A DNA stretch of 64,000 bases from an uncultured Gammaproteobacteria bacterium (GTDB lineage: Bacteria; Pseudomonadota; Gammaproteobacteria; Steroidobacterales; Steroidobacteraceae), in NCBI GenBank assembly GCA_963813755.1, contig CAWEZY010000004.1, positions 346,565 to 410,564 of the forward strand, read 5' to 3'. The notes below the pieces were generated by a model that did not search any database, was not told the origin of the DNA, and saw only the letters and a list, made by a program, of their open reading frames with translations. A program made the position numbers and the translations under genes. Shown piece by piece: positions 49,211 to 58,364 of the stretch. Each line of letters opens with the position of its first letter. Position 1 is the stretch's first letter.

Positions 49211-49984
49211 TCAGGTCCACGCCAGCAGCTCCCAGCGGAAGCCGGGTTCGTCATAGGGCGTATCGACGGAGGAATCGTCTATGTAGTAGCTGCCCATGCT
49301 CTCGCGCACCACCCATCGGCCGATCTCGGGTGCGAACCAAATCGTTTCCGTGCGTTGAGCGGCAGTCCGTGAGAAATCAGCCGAGCGGAAGTTGATCAAA
49401 TTCGTGTATCGCAGCGCCTTGAACGTCCCTGCAGGCACGGTAACCGACTCCCAGGCGAGCGCCTTCATCGTCTGATCCCACGGCAATCCGTCCTGGTTGC
49501 TGGGTGTCTTGTACTTCGTGATGACGTGATACTTCCAGTCCGATCGCAACTGGATCGGCCAAAGCGGAATCGGGGTCTCGTAAACCTGGACCTGGCTCCA
49601 GTGCGGATCCACCAAGACCTTGCCCCACGGCTGTTGTATCTCGCTCGGCAAAGCACTGTCGGGGGGCGAGTCGGGATGGGGGACATATTTGCTCAGCCAC
49701 GAGCTGCCCCATGACGAGCGCTCGGTCTTGGCGGCGCGGACCGCCTCGCTTTGCGAATCGATATCGACGGTGCTGCCGAGGGCGGCGACGCGATCGGTTT
49801 GGTCGTCGACGAGCTTACGGCTGTATAAATCGTGCTTGGCGTAGCGCCACGATTGCCCCACGGCCGGCTGCCTAACGCTCGACGCGGGCGCCCGCGGCTG
49901 CGCGGCACCCTGCCGGCGCGACGCGCAGCCGGCCGAGAAGGCGGCGGCGGACAGCAAGAAGAATCTTCGAGTCACCTGAACCAT
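49211..49984 (-). CDS. Tat-signal lipoprotein of unknown function
   Basis: Internal Met of the composite ORF 49211..50824. MVQVTRRFFLLSAAAFSAGC carries a twin-arginine-like TRRFFL plus a lipobox (SAGC). 258 codons, intact, Trp-rich, no family recognised. Confidence 0.6.
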   Translation of the reverse strand: MVQVTRRFFLLSAAAFSAGCASRRQGAAQPRAPASSVRQPAVGQSWRYAKHDLYSRKLVDDQTDRVAALGSTVDIDSQSEAVRAAKTERSSWGSSWLSKYVPHPDSPPDSALPSEIQQPWGKVLVDPHWSQVQVYETPIPLWPIQLRSDWKYHVITKYKTPSNQDGLPWDQTMKALAWESVTVPAGTFKALRYTNLINFRSADFSRTAAQRTETIWFAPEIGRWVVRESMGSYYIDDSSVDTPYDEPGFRWELLAWT

Positions 49985-50161
49985 GTTTCGCTCCGAATGT
50001 ATTGCGTTGTTTGCCGGCGGTCGCGGACCGCTCATTGGTGGCCGCATGACTTCAACCGCCCGGAGACCGCGGTCACCATGCGATAGGATAATATTAAATC
50101 CAAGGACCCATGGGGCCAATGAGGAGCCCCGGGCGCCGATGATCACGCAGGAGGGGTGCGA

Positions 50162-51159
50162 ATGTCCGTACCGCAGGAAATGATGGTGGTCGAAATCGCC
50201 GCGCCGGGCGGCCCGGACCAGCTGAAACCGGCGCGAAGGCCCGTGCCCGAGCCCGCGGCCGGCGAAGTGTTGGTGCGCGTCGCCGCGGCCGGCGTCAACC
50301 GTCCGGATGTCATGCAGCGGCAGGGCCGCTATCCGCCGCCCCCGGGTGCCTCGGACCTCCCCGGGCTCGAGATCGCGGGCGAAGTCGTCGCGCTCGGTGC
50401 GGGCGTGTCGGGGCTGAAGCTCGGCGATCCGGTCACTGCGCTGTTGCCGGGCGGCGGCTATGCCGAATACGCGGTGGCGGCCGCGCCGCTGTGCCTGCCG
50501 GTCCCGGACGGCTTGAACATGGTTGAAGCGGCTGCGCTGCCCGAGACGTTTTTCACCGTATGGACCAATTTGTTCGATCGCGGCGGGTGCAAGGCGGGTG
50601 AGACCGTTCTGATTCACGGCGGGACCAGCGGAATCGGCACCACCGCCATCCAGCTCGCCACGGCCTGGGGGGCGCGGGTGTTCGCAACCGCCGGCACGGA
50701 AGAGAAGGCGCGCGCCTGCGAGCGCTTCGGTGCCGTGCGCGGCATCGACTACCGCACCGAGGATTTCGTCGAGGTGATCCGGCAGGAGACCGCAAGGCCG
50801 CGGGGTGGATCTGATTCTTGACATGGTCGGCGGCAGCTATCTCGTCCGCAATCTCGACGCCGCGGCGGTCGAGGGCCGCATCGTGATCATTTCGCTGATC
50901 GGCGGCGCGAAAGCGGAGATCAATCTGCTCACGATCATGAATAAGCGGCTCACGCTCACCGGCTCGACCTTGCGGGCCCGCACGCGTGGCGCAAAAGGCC
51001 GCCGTCGCCGAGGCGGTGCGTCGCAACATCTGGCCGCTGCTGTCCGCGGGACGGGTGCGGCCCGTCATTCATGCGACCTTTCCGCTCGCCGAGGCGAGCG
51101 AAGCGCACCGGCTCATGGAGAGCTCCCGGCACATCGGCAAGATCGTCCTGACGACCTAG
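50162..51159 (+). pseudogene. NAD(P)H:quinone oxidoreductase (zeta-crystallin/PIG3-type MDR), two frame disruptions
   Basis: [12 protein letters not shown]...[42 protein letters not shown]...[18 protein letters not shown]..., then [33 protein letters not shown]..., then ...VAEAVRRNIWPLLSAGRVRPVIHATFPLAEASEAHRLMESSRHIGKIVLTT*. Frame changes near 50800 and 50985. Confidence 0.8.
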
Positions 51160-51210
51160 GCCGTCCCGCCAGTTCCTTAGCGGCGCGAGCCCTCATTGGC
51201 AGGCGCCAAC

Positions 51211-51248
51211 CGCGTGATATATTAGGCGCCGCAGCGCGTGATATATTA
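51211..51248 (+). promoter_or_regulatory. tandem CGCGTGATATATTA elements (24-nt period) upstream of fhs; extended -10-like or operator
   Basis: CGCGTGATATATTA occurs at 51211-51224 and 51235-51248, 86-123 nt before fhs GTG 51334. TGATATATT fits TGnTATAAT (extended -10) in 5 of 6 hexamer positions. The second copy is flanked by CGCGT/ACGCG arms. Confidence 0.35.
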
Positions 51249-51333
51249 CGCGGCGCAATTAACAACAATGCCGGGCCAGAGCCATCCGCCGCGAAGATTG
51301 CGGCCTCATCCAGCAGTTATATTGGGAGTACAC

Positions 51334-53008
51334 GTGCGTTCCGACATAGAGATCGCCCAAAGCGCCACCCTGAAGCCAATCGCCGAAATCGCTGCCCGGC
51401 TCGGCATACCGTCGACCAGCGTCGAGAACTATGGGCACTACAAAGCCAAGATCGCCCTCGATTACATCGACAGCCTGAAGGACAAGCCCGACGGCAAGCT
51501 GATTTTGGTGACGGCGTTGAGCCCCACGCCCGCCGGCGAAGGCAAGACCACGACCACGGTCGGACTCGGCGATGCGCTGAATAAGATCGGCAAGAAGGCG
51601 GTCATCTGTCTGCGCGAGCCCAGCCTGGGGCCGGTATTCGGCATGAAGGGGGGAGCGGCAGGCGGCGGCTTCGCCCAGGTCGTGCCGATGGAGGACATCA
51701 ATCTGCACTTCACCGGGGACTTCGGCGCCATCGGGCTCGCGCACAATCTGCTGTCCGCGCTCCTCGACAATCACGTCTACCACGGCAATGAGCTAGGGCT
51801 CGACACGCGGCGTATCGCCTGGAAGCGGGTGATCGACATGAACGACCGCGCGCTGCGCGACATCGTGGTCGGTCTCGGGGGCTCCGCCAACGGATTCCCG
51901 CGCGAGGACGGCTTCGATATCGTGGTGGCATCGGAAGTCATGGCCATTTTCTGCCTGTCGCGCAGCCTGGCCGATCTCAAACAGCGGCTCGGCAACATCG
52001 TGATCGGCTACCGCCGCGACCTGAGCCCGATTCGGGCCCGCGACCTGAACGCGCAGGGCGCGATGACGGTGCTGCTGAAGGAAGCGCTCAAGCCGAATCT
52101 GGTGCAGACGCTGGAGAACAATCCGGCCTTCATCCACGGCGGTCCGTTCGCCAATATCGCGCACGGCTGCAATTCGGTGCTGGCGACCGCGACCGCCCTG
52201 AAGCTTGCCGACTACGTCGTGACCGAGGCGGGTTTCGGCGCGGACTTCGGCGCGGAAAAGTTCATCGACATCAAGTGCCGCAAATCCGGACTGCGCCCGG
52301 CGGCCGTGGTGATCGTCGCGACCATCCGTGCGCTGAAGTATCACGGCGGATGCGACTTGAAGCAGATCAACACCGAGAACCTCGCGGCTCTCGAGAAAGG
52401 CATCGCCAATCTGGAGCGTCACGTGAACAACGTGCGCAATCATTACGGCCTGCCCTGCGTCGTGTCGGTCAACCATTTCACGGCCGATACCGCCGCGGAG
52501 CATGCGCTGCTCGCCAAGACGATGGCGACGCCTCGAGGTTCCGCTGGTGCTCGCCCGGCATTGGGCCGAGGGCGGTGCCGGCGCCGTCGACGTCGCGCGC
52601 AAGGTGGTGGAGATCGCGCAGCGTGGAGAGTCGAACTTCCGCTTCGTCTACGACGAGCAGCAGCCGCTGTGGGACAAGGTGAAGACCATCGCCACGAAGA
52701 TCTACGGCGCCGCGGATATCTCGGCGGACTCCAAGATCCGCGCGCAGATCGATAAATTGCAGGCCGACGGCTACGGGAATTACCCGGTCTGCATCGCCAA
52801 GACGCAGTACTCGTTCTCGACCGATGCGGCGCTGCGCGGCGCGCCGAGCAGGCACACGGTCAATATCCGCGAGGTGCGGCTCGCCGCGGGCGCGGAATTC
52901 ATCGTGATGGTCTGCGGCGATGTGATGACCATGCCGGGGCTGCCGAAGGTGCCGTCGGCCGAGCGGATCGACATCGATGCGCAGGGCCGGGTGGTGGGGC
53001 TCTTTTAG
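51334..53008 (+). pseudogene. fhs: formate--tetrahydrofolate ligase, one frame disruption
   Basis: GTG 51334 follows a GGGAG RBS. Reads [20 protein letters not shown]...[21 protein letters not shown]...[18 protein letters not shown]...[14 protein letters not shown].... After a frame change near 52520-52545 it continues ...[20 protein letters not shown]...[12 protein letters not shown]...[21 protein letters not shown]...GLF*. Confidence 0.9.
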
Positions 53009-53023
53009 CAGCTGCCCCGCGCC

Positions 53024-53958
53024 TCACGCGCCGAGCACGGTCCCCGGGACGAGGCCGGCTGCGGCGCAGAATTCCGCAGCCGGCAGTTTCTTGCCGTCCT
53101 CGTAGCGTAGCGTGAACACTTCGATCTGCCCGCCCTGCGCCGTCACGAACAGGCTCTTGATCGGACACCGCCGTCACCGCGCCGATGCGGCCCTTGACCT
53201 GGGAGAAGGTGCGCGCCAGGTGCTTGCGTGACTCGAGCAGCAGCAGCTTCTTGCCGTTCAAGAGCGTCCATGCGGCCGGCGCCGGGTTGCAGCCGCGGAT
53301 GAGGTTGTAAACCATGTCGACGTGGTTATGCCAATTGATGCGCGCTTCGGCCTCGCGGCACCAGCCCTCGTAGCTCGCCTGCGACTCGTCTTGAACGGTG
53401 CTCGTGGCGCGGCCGCCGAGCACGAGATCGGCGGCTTCCAGCAAGGCGGCAATCCCCATGGGAAACAGCCGCTCGAAATACACGCTGCCGAGCGTGTCGT
53501 CGGGGCCGATCGGCGTTTCCTTTTGCAAGAGGATCGGCCCTTCGTCGAGGCCATCGGTCGGCCGGAAGATCGTCAGCCCGGTTCGCGTATCGCCGCGGAT
53601 GATCGGCCAGTTGATGGAACTCGGGCCCCGATAGCGCGGCAGCAGGGACGGATGGAACTGGATCATGCCGTGGCGCGGGATGGCGGTGAACTCCTGCGGA
53701 GCGAACTGCAGCACGTAGGCCATGATGCCGATATCGACGTCGAGATCGCGCAAGGCGCGAATGGCCTCGGGGGCCTTGAGCGAGGGCAGCTGAAACGGGC
53801 GCATGCCCCGCTCCTCCGCCGCAACTCGCAAGGGATCGGGCGCGGAGCCCGGCTTTTCGGGCGCGCAGAACACGCCGGCGACGCGTATCGCCCCGGTCGA
53901 TGAAGGCCTCGAGGACCGCCTTGCCGAATTTCTGTTGTCCAATGATGGCAATTCGCAT
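53024..53958 (-). pseudogene. stand-alone formyltransferase-fold protein resembling the N-terminal hydrolase domain of 10-formyl-THF dehydrogenase, two frame disruptions
   Basis: MRIAIIGQQKFGKAVLEAFIDRGD (ORF 53326..53958), then ...IRVAGVFCAPEKPGSAPDPLRVAAEERGMRPFQ...MIQFHPSLLPRYRGPSSINWPIIRGDTRTGLTIFRPTDGLDEGPILLQKE...ASYEGWCREAEARINW...IRGCNPAPAAWT... (52899..53972). The tail ...IKSLFVTAQGGQIEVFTLRYEDGKKLPAAEF...GA* is in a third frame. It recalls MKIAVIGQSLFG...HPSLLPRHRGASAINW... of ALDH1L1. Confidence 0.7.
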
Positions 53959-54038
53959 AAATTCCCTCCCACCCCCGAGCGGTTCGATGCCGGATGGAGC
54001 GGCTGCCGCTCACTGCTGCTAGCTGTGATTCATTCTCA

Positions 54039-54055
54039 TGATATCTCATATATCA
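54039..54055. promoter_or_regulatory. inverted repeat TGATAT-N5-ATATCA in the divergent formyltransferase/sgaA intergenic region
   Basis: TGATAT lies at 54039-44 and ATATCA at 54050-55. The minus strand reads TGATATAT at 54055-54048, the same 8-mer as the fhs and fdsG upstream sites. Confidence 0.3.
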
Positions 54056-54098
54056 TAGGGTGAATTCCCCGGGAATAGCTAATTATAAGGAGCCCAAT

Positions 54099-55297
54099 AT
54101 GGCTGGTCGCAATTTCTTGTTCGTCCCTGGTCCGACCAACGTACCCGACCGCGTCACGCGCGCGATGATGGTCGCGATGGAGGACCACCGGTCCCCGATA
54201 TTCCCGGAGCTCTCTCTCGCCTGTCTCAGGGCTCTGAAGCCGGTGTTCAAAACCGCCTCCGCGGTCCCCATCTTGTTTCCCTCCTCCGGCACCGGCTGCT
54301 GGGAAGCGGCGCTGACCAACTGCCTGAACGCGGGCGACAAGGTGCTGGCGTCGCGCTTCGGTCAATTCAGCCATCTCTGGGTCGACATGTGCACGCGGCT
54401 TGGTTATCGAGGTCGAGGTGCTCGAGACGCCGTGGGGAGAAGGCGCGCCGGTCGAGCGCTATCTGGCCTCGTTGAGCGCCGACAAGCAGCACAAGATCAA
54501 GGCCGTGCTGGTATGCCAAAACGAAACCGCCACCGGGGTCACCAGCGATGTGGCCGCCGTGCGCCAGGCGATGGACAGCGTCAAGCACCCGGCTCTTTTG
54601 TTCGTCGACTCGGTGAGCGCGCTCGCCAGCATCGACTTTCGCATGGATCGAATGGGGCGTGGACGTCTGCGTCAGCGGCTCGCAAAAAGGCCTGATGCTG
54701 CCGGCCGGCATGGGAGTGACCTGCGTCAGCCAGAAAGCGCTCGAAGCGGCCAAGACCGCCAGCTCGAAACGCTGCTATTTCGATTACGGCGACATGGTGC
54801 AGGCCAACGCCAGCGGCTATTTCCCCTACACGCCCTCGCTGCCGATGCTGTACGGCCTGCGCGAGTCGCTCGCCATGCTCGCCGAGGAAGGCTTGGAGAA
54901 CGTGTTTCAGCGGCACACCTACCTCGCCTCCGGCGTGCGCGCCGCCGTCATCGAGGGCTGGAAATTGAAGCTGTGCGCGACCGCCCCGAAATGGCACTCC
55001 GACACGGTCTCCGCGATCATGGTGCCCGAGGGCATCAACGGCGCCGAAGTCATTGCGCGCGCCTTCAACCGCTACAATCTGGCGCTCGGCGCCGGGTTGT
55101 CCAAAGTGGCCGGCAAGCTGTTCCGTATCGGCCATATGGGCGATCTCAATGAACTCATGCTGCTCGGCGCGATCGCGGGCGCCGAGATGGCCATGCTCGA
55201 CGTCGGCGTCAAGATCGAACCGGGCAGCGGCGTCGCTGCCGCGCAGACATATTGGCGCAACCGTGGCGCCGGGGCCAAACCGGGCAGCCGCGCATGA
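54099..55297 (+). pseudogene. sgaA: serine--glyoxylate aminotransferase (class V / AGXT family), two frame disruptions
   Basis: AAGGAG RBS. Reads MAGRNFLFVPGPTNVPDRVTRAMMVAMEDHRSP...LFPSSGTGCWEAAL..., ...VIEVEVLETPWGEGAP...LVCQNETATGVTSD..., ...VDVCVSGSQKGLMLPAGMG (PLP-Lys)...FRIGHMGDLNELMLLG.... Frame changes near 54398 and 54645. Confidence 0.85.
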
Positions 55298-56244
55298 CGC
55301 TGCGCGTCGTGTTTCTGGATCGCGCCTCGCTCAAGGCGACGGTGCGCAAGCCCTCTTGCGCCGCCGACTACGTGGAACACGAAAAGACCGCCGTCGAGGA
55401 AATCGTGCCGCGGCTTGCCGGAGCGAGCGTCGCGATCGTCAACAAGGTGCCGCTGCGGGCGCAGACGCTCGCACAACTGCCGCAGCTGAAAATGATCGCG
55501 GTCGCCGCAACCGGCTACGATGTGGTCGACGTCGCATACTGCAAAGAGCACGGCATCGCGGTGGCGAACATCCGCAATTACGCGGTGCACACGGTGCCCG
55601 AGCACGCGTTCGCGATGATCCTGGCATTGCGCCGCAATCTGCTCGCCTACCGGCAGGATGTCGAAAACGGCGTTTGGAACAAATCCGAACAATTCTGTTT
55701 TTTCACTCACGACATCGGCGATCTGTACGGCGCCACGCTCGGCATCATCGGCGAGGGCGCGATCGGCCAGGGCACGGCGGCGATCGGGCGCGCGTTCGGC
55801 ATGCGCGTCCTGTTCGCCGACCACGCGCCGCCGAAGATGGAGGGCGTGACGTTCACTGCGCACGACCAGGTGCTGGCCGAATCCGACGTCATTTCGCTGC
55901 ACTGTCCGCTCATGCCCGCCACGCGCAATCTCATCGACCTGGCGGCGTTTCGAAAAATGAAGCGCAATGCGCTGCTCATCAATACGGCGCGCGGCGGGCT
56001 TGTCGAGGAGGCGGCGTTGATCCAGGCGCTCGACGAAGGGTTGATCGGCGGCGCGGGCTTCGACGTGCTGACCGTGGAGCCGCCGAGAAACGGACATCCG
56101 CTGCTCGACGTGCGGCGCACGAATTTCATCCTCACACCGCACGTCGCGTGGGCTTCCGACGGCGCCATGCAATTCCTCGCGGACCAGTTGATCGATAACA
56201 TCGAGCGATGGGCCGCCGGCAAACCGCAGCATCTGGTGACTTGA
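55294..56244 (+). CDS. hprA: D-2-hydroxyacid dehydrogenase, hydroxypyruvate reductase / glycerate dehydrogenase by context
   Basis: ATG overlaps the sgaA stop (ATGA). Reads MTLRVVFLD...GATLGIIGEGAIGQGTAAIGRAFGMRV...LINTARGGLVEE...GGAGFDV...TPHVAWAS. Confidence 0.8.
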   Translation: MTLRVVFLDRASLKATVRKPSCAADYVEHEKTAVEEIVPRLAGASVAIVNKVPLRAQTLAQLPQLKMIAVAATGYDVVDVAYCKEHGIAVANIRNYAVHTVPEHAFAMILALRRNLLAYRQDVENGVWNKSEQFCFFTHDIGDLYGATLGIIGEGAIGQGTAAIGRAFGMRVLFADHAPPKMEGVTFTAHDQVLAESDVISLHCPLMPATRNLIDLAAFRKMKRNALLINTARGGLVEEAALIQALDEGLIGGAGFDVLTVEPPRNGHPLLDVRRTNFILTPHVAWASDGAMQFLADQLIDNIERWAAGKPQHLVT

Positions 56245-56260
56245 AGCCCGCGAGCCGCAC

Positions 56261-56282
56261 GCGGCGCCGGCTCCGGCGCCGC
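56261..56282 (+). other. GC-only hairpin between hprA and mtdA
   Basis: GCGGCGCCG (56261-56269) and CGGCGCCGC (56274-56282) are perfectly complementary around a 4-nt loop. No T-run follows. Confidence 0.3.
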
Positions 56283-56308
56283 CCCACCAACCCGTGACCC
56301 GTAGACCC

Positions 56309-57169
56309 ATGAAAAAACTGCTGTACCAATTCGACACCGATCCGCTGCCGGCGGTTTTCGACAATGTCGTGGGCTACGACGGTGGAGCCGATCACATCAC
56401 CGCATACGGCGGAGTCGGCGCCGGCAATGTGGGCGGCCTGATCGAGGGCGCCATGTTCACCCGCTCGCCGAAGGACAAGAAATACACGGCGATCTTCATC
56501 GGCGGCGGCAACATGGCCGAGGGCCAGGCGCTGCTCGGCGCGGTACAGAAGAAATTCTTCGGCAAATTTCGCGTCTCGGTGATGTTCGACTGCAATGGTT
56601 CGAACACCACGGCCGCGGCTGCCGTGGCCTGGCTCGCGCACGGCCGCTCGCTCAACGGCAAGCGTGCCGTCGTGTTGGGCGGCACCGGGCCGGTGGGCCA
56701 ACGGGCGGCCGCGCTGCTCGCGAGGGAAGGCGCCACGGTGTCGATCACGGGGCGCAAGATCGAGGTGGTGCAGGCGGCATGCGAGTCGATCAAGGGGCGC
56801 TTCGCCGCCGAGGTCAAGGCGATCGCGGCGCCGACGAATCTCGAGCGGGGCGCGGCCCTCGGCGGCGCACACATCGTGCTCGCCACCGGCGCCGCGGGCA
56901 TCACGCTGCTCGAAGCGACGCAATGGCAAGACAGTTCGTCGTTGGAGCTCATTGCCGACGCCAATGCCTCGCCGCCCGCCGGCATCGAGGGGGTGGCCGC
57001 GGGCGATCGCGGGACGCAAAGTCACGGTAAGATTCTGTTCGGGGCCTTGGGTTTCGGCGCCTTGAAGCTCGCCCTGCACCGCGCCTGCATCGCGCGCCTG
57101 TTCGAGCGAAACGATCTGCTGCTCGATGCCGAAGAGATATACGCTCTCGCCAAGACGATGGTCGGTTGA
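56309..57169 (+). CDS. mtdA: NADP-dependent methylene-H4F/methylene-H4MPT dehydrogenase MtdA
   Basis: MKKLLYQFDTDPLPAVFDNVVGYDGGADHITAYGGV...FRVSVMFDCNGSNTTAAAAVAW...VVLGGTGPVGQRAAALLAREGA...FGALGFGALKLALHRACIARLFE...AEEIYALAKTM closely parallels Methylobacterium MtdA as I recall it. Confidence 0.85.
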   Translation: MKKLLYQFDTDPLPAVFDNVVGYDGGADHITAYGGVGAGNVGGLIEGAMFTRSPKDKKYTAIFIGGGNMAEGQALLGAVQKKFFGKFRVSVMFDCNGSNTTAAAAVAWLAHGRSLNGKRAVVLGGTGPVGQRAAALLAREGATVSITGRKIEVVQAACESIKGRFAAEVKAIAAPTNLERGAALGGAHIVLATGAAGITLLEATQWQDSSSLELIADANASPPAGIEGVAAGDRGTQSHGKILFGALGFGALKLALHRACIARLFERNDLLLDAEEIYALAKTMVG

Positions 57170-57197
57170 ACGCTGCCGACAAGGACGATGCCCTCTC

Positions 57198-57827
57198 GTG
57201 ATCACGCACAACTCGATTGACCAATTCCTGGAGCGCCTCGCAAGCGTCGATGCGACGCCGGGCGGCGGCAGCGCCGCCGCGATCATGGGAGCCATGGGCG
57301 CGGCGCTGGTGTCCATGGTGTGCAATGTGTCGATCGGCAAAAAGGCTTGCGAAGCGTCCGAGCCGGAGCTCAAGGCGGTGCGCGCGCAATCGGAAACGTT
57401 GCGCCTGCGCTTGACGGCGATGGTGGCGGAGGATGTCGCCGCCTTCGACAGCCTGATAGCCGCCTACAAGCTCGCGAAGGAATCGGACTCGAACAAGGCC
57501 CGGCGAGCCGATGCGATCCAGGCGGCGCTGCGCCTCGCGACCGAAGTGCCGCTCGACTGCGCCCGCGTGTGCGCGCAGGTGGTCGAACTCGCCCGCCGCG
57601 CGGCCGAACACGGTTATCGAGGCATCATCAGCGATGCCGGTGTCGGCGTGCTGGCCGCCAATTCGGCGGCCCGCAGCGCGGCGCTCAACGTGTTCATCAA
57701 TGCGCCCGCCCTCAGGGACCGGAATTTCGCGCAGACCTCGGTCGCGGACCTCGAAAAGCTGCTGTCCTGGTGCGCGCTCGAGAGCGAGGCGGTGTACGCG
57801 CTGGTGCGCAAGAAACTGGAGTCCTGA
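57198..57827 (+). CDS. fch: methenyltetrahydrofolate cyclohydrolase (Fch; FTCD-C cyclodeaminase fold)
   Basis: GTG 57198, in frame within ORF 57126..57827. Reads ...IDQFLERLASVDATPGGGSAAAIMGAMGAALVSMVCNVSIGKK...AEDVAAFDSLIAAYKL...NVFINA.... Confidence 0.85.
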   Translation: MITHNSIDQFLERLASVDATPGGGSAAAIMGAMGAALVSMVCNVSIGKKACEASEPELKAVRAQSETLRLRLTAMVAEDVAAFDSLIAAYKLAKESDSNKARRADAIQAALRLATEVPLDCARVCAQVVELARRAAEHGYRGIISDAGVGVLAANSAARSAALNVFINAPALRDRNFAQTSVADLEKLLSWCALESEAVYALVRKKLES

Positions 57828-57830
57828 CCG

Positions 57831-58364
57831 GTGCCGGGTGGCAGGATCGATGCGGATCGGCCGTTCACGCCGCTGGGCATCGCGGTTCTGACCATTTCCG
57901 ATTCCCGGGACCTAAGCACCGACACCTCGGGCGATCTGTTGGCCGAGCGAGTCGCCTCCGCCGGCCATGAACTGCGGGCACGCGCGCTGGTCGGCGGCGG
58001 CAAGGCGGCGATCCAACGGCAAGCGCGCCTGTGGATCGAGGATCCCGCGGTGGACGTCATCGTCTCCACCGGCGGCACCGGCCTCACACCCTCGGATGTG
58101 GCGCCGGAAGCGTTTCGCGAACTTTTCGACCGAGAGCTCGAGGGATTCACGGTGCTGTGGCACCTTGTGTCCTATGAGACCGTCGGCGTCTCCACCATGC
58201 AATCACGAGCCTGCGCCGGCATCGCCGGCAGCACCGTGATCTACGCGCTGCCCGGCTCGAACGGCGCGTGCCGCGATGGCTGGGACCTCTTGATCAGCCG
58301 GCAGCTCGACAGCCGCCACCGGCCGTGTTCGATCCTGGAGGTCATGACGCATCGCCGGGGATGA
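57831..58364 (+). CDS. moaB: molybdenum cofactor biosynthesis protein B (MoaB/Mog family)
   Basis: ...LGIAVLTISDSRDLSTDTSGDLL...VDVIVSTGGTGLTPSDVAPEA...AGIAGSTVIYALPGS.... Its 3' end overlaps the convergent glycerate kinase gene by 23 nt. Confidence 0.8.
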   Translation: MPGGRIDADRPFTPLGIAVLTISDSRDLSTDTSGDLLAERVASAGHELRARALVGGGKAAIQRQARLWIEDPAVDVIVSTGGTGLTPSDVAPEAFRELFDRELEGFTVLWHLVSYETVGVSTMQSRACAGIAGSTVIYALPGSNGACRDGWDLLISRQLDSRHRPCSILEVMTHRRG

